Assembly: GCA_951406725.2 (NCBI GenBank)
Contig: OX597815.1
Location: 171,368,001-171,432,000 of the forward strand
Source: Octopus vulgaris
Lineage: Eukaryota
Length of the DNA: 64,000 nt
Reading direction: 5' to 3'
The notes under the pieces are model-generated. The model did not search any database, was not told the DNA's origin, and saw only the letters and a program-made list of their open reading frames with translations. Below, piece by piece: positions 63,975 through 64,000 of this stretch. Within the stretch, counting starts at the first letter, position 1; each line of letters opens with the position of its first letter. The translations under genes were made by a program, and so were the position numbers.

Positions 63975-64000
63975 TACATTCTTTTACTCTTTTACTCTTT

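Overview
AT-rich, microsatellite-laden animal genomic DNA, most likely an octopus (inferred from the tRNA-SINE, R4/Dong-like LINE and Penelope repeat content). Almost the whole window is the 3' part of one minus-strand, multi-exon secreted mosaic metalloprotease gene. I assembled 17-18 exons with consistent splice phases, about 766 codons: astacin C-terminal end - EGF-like - ApeC (apextrin C-terminal) - CUB - kringle - ShKT - CCP/sushi - C-type lectin - ShKT. The catalytic exons lie beyond the right edge. The introns hold a young Penelope-like element (RT + GIY-YIG) with a 1.7-kb inverted arm, a near full-length CR1-group LINE, R4/Dong, Gypsy, mariner, hAT and Helitron remnants, and many SINEs. 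The most striking unannotated signal is a set of about a dozen hammerhead-ribozyme motifs. Most sit in small non-coding cassettes within (TA)n tracts, several as fold-back or permuted-tandem structures. They include a recurrent CCGAUGA core variant, one circularly permuted (type II-like) motif, and an apparent orientation bias relative to the host pre-mRNA. A tRNA-His 5'-fragment/oligo-A insertion in the LINE RT and a Myb/SANT segment in its ORF1 are also notable. All calls were made by eye; no searches were run.
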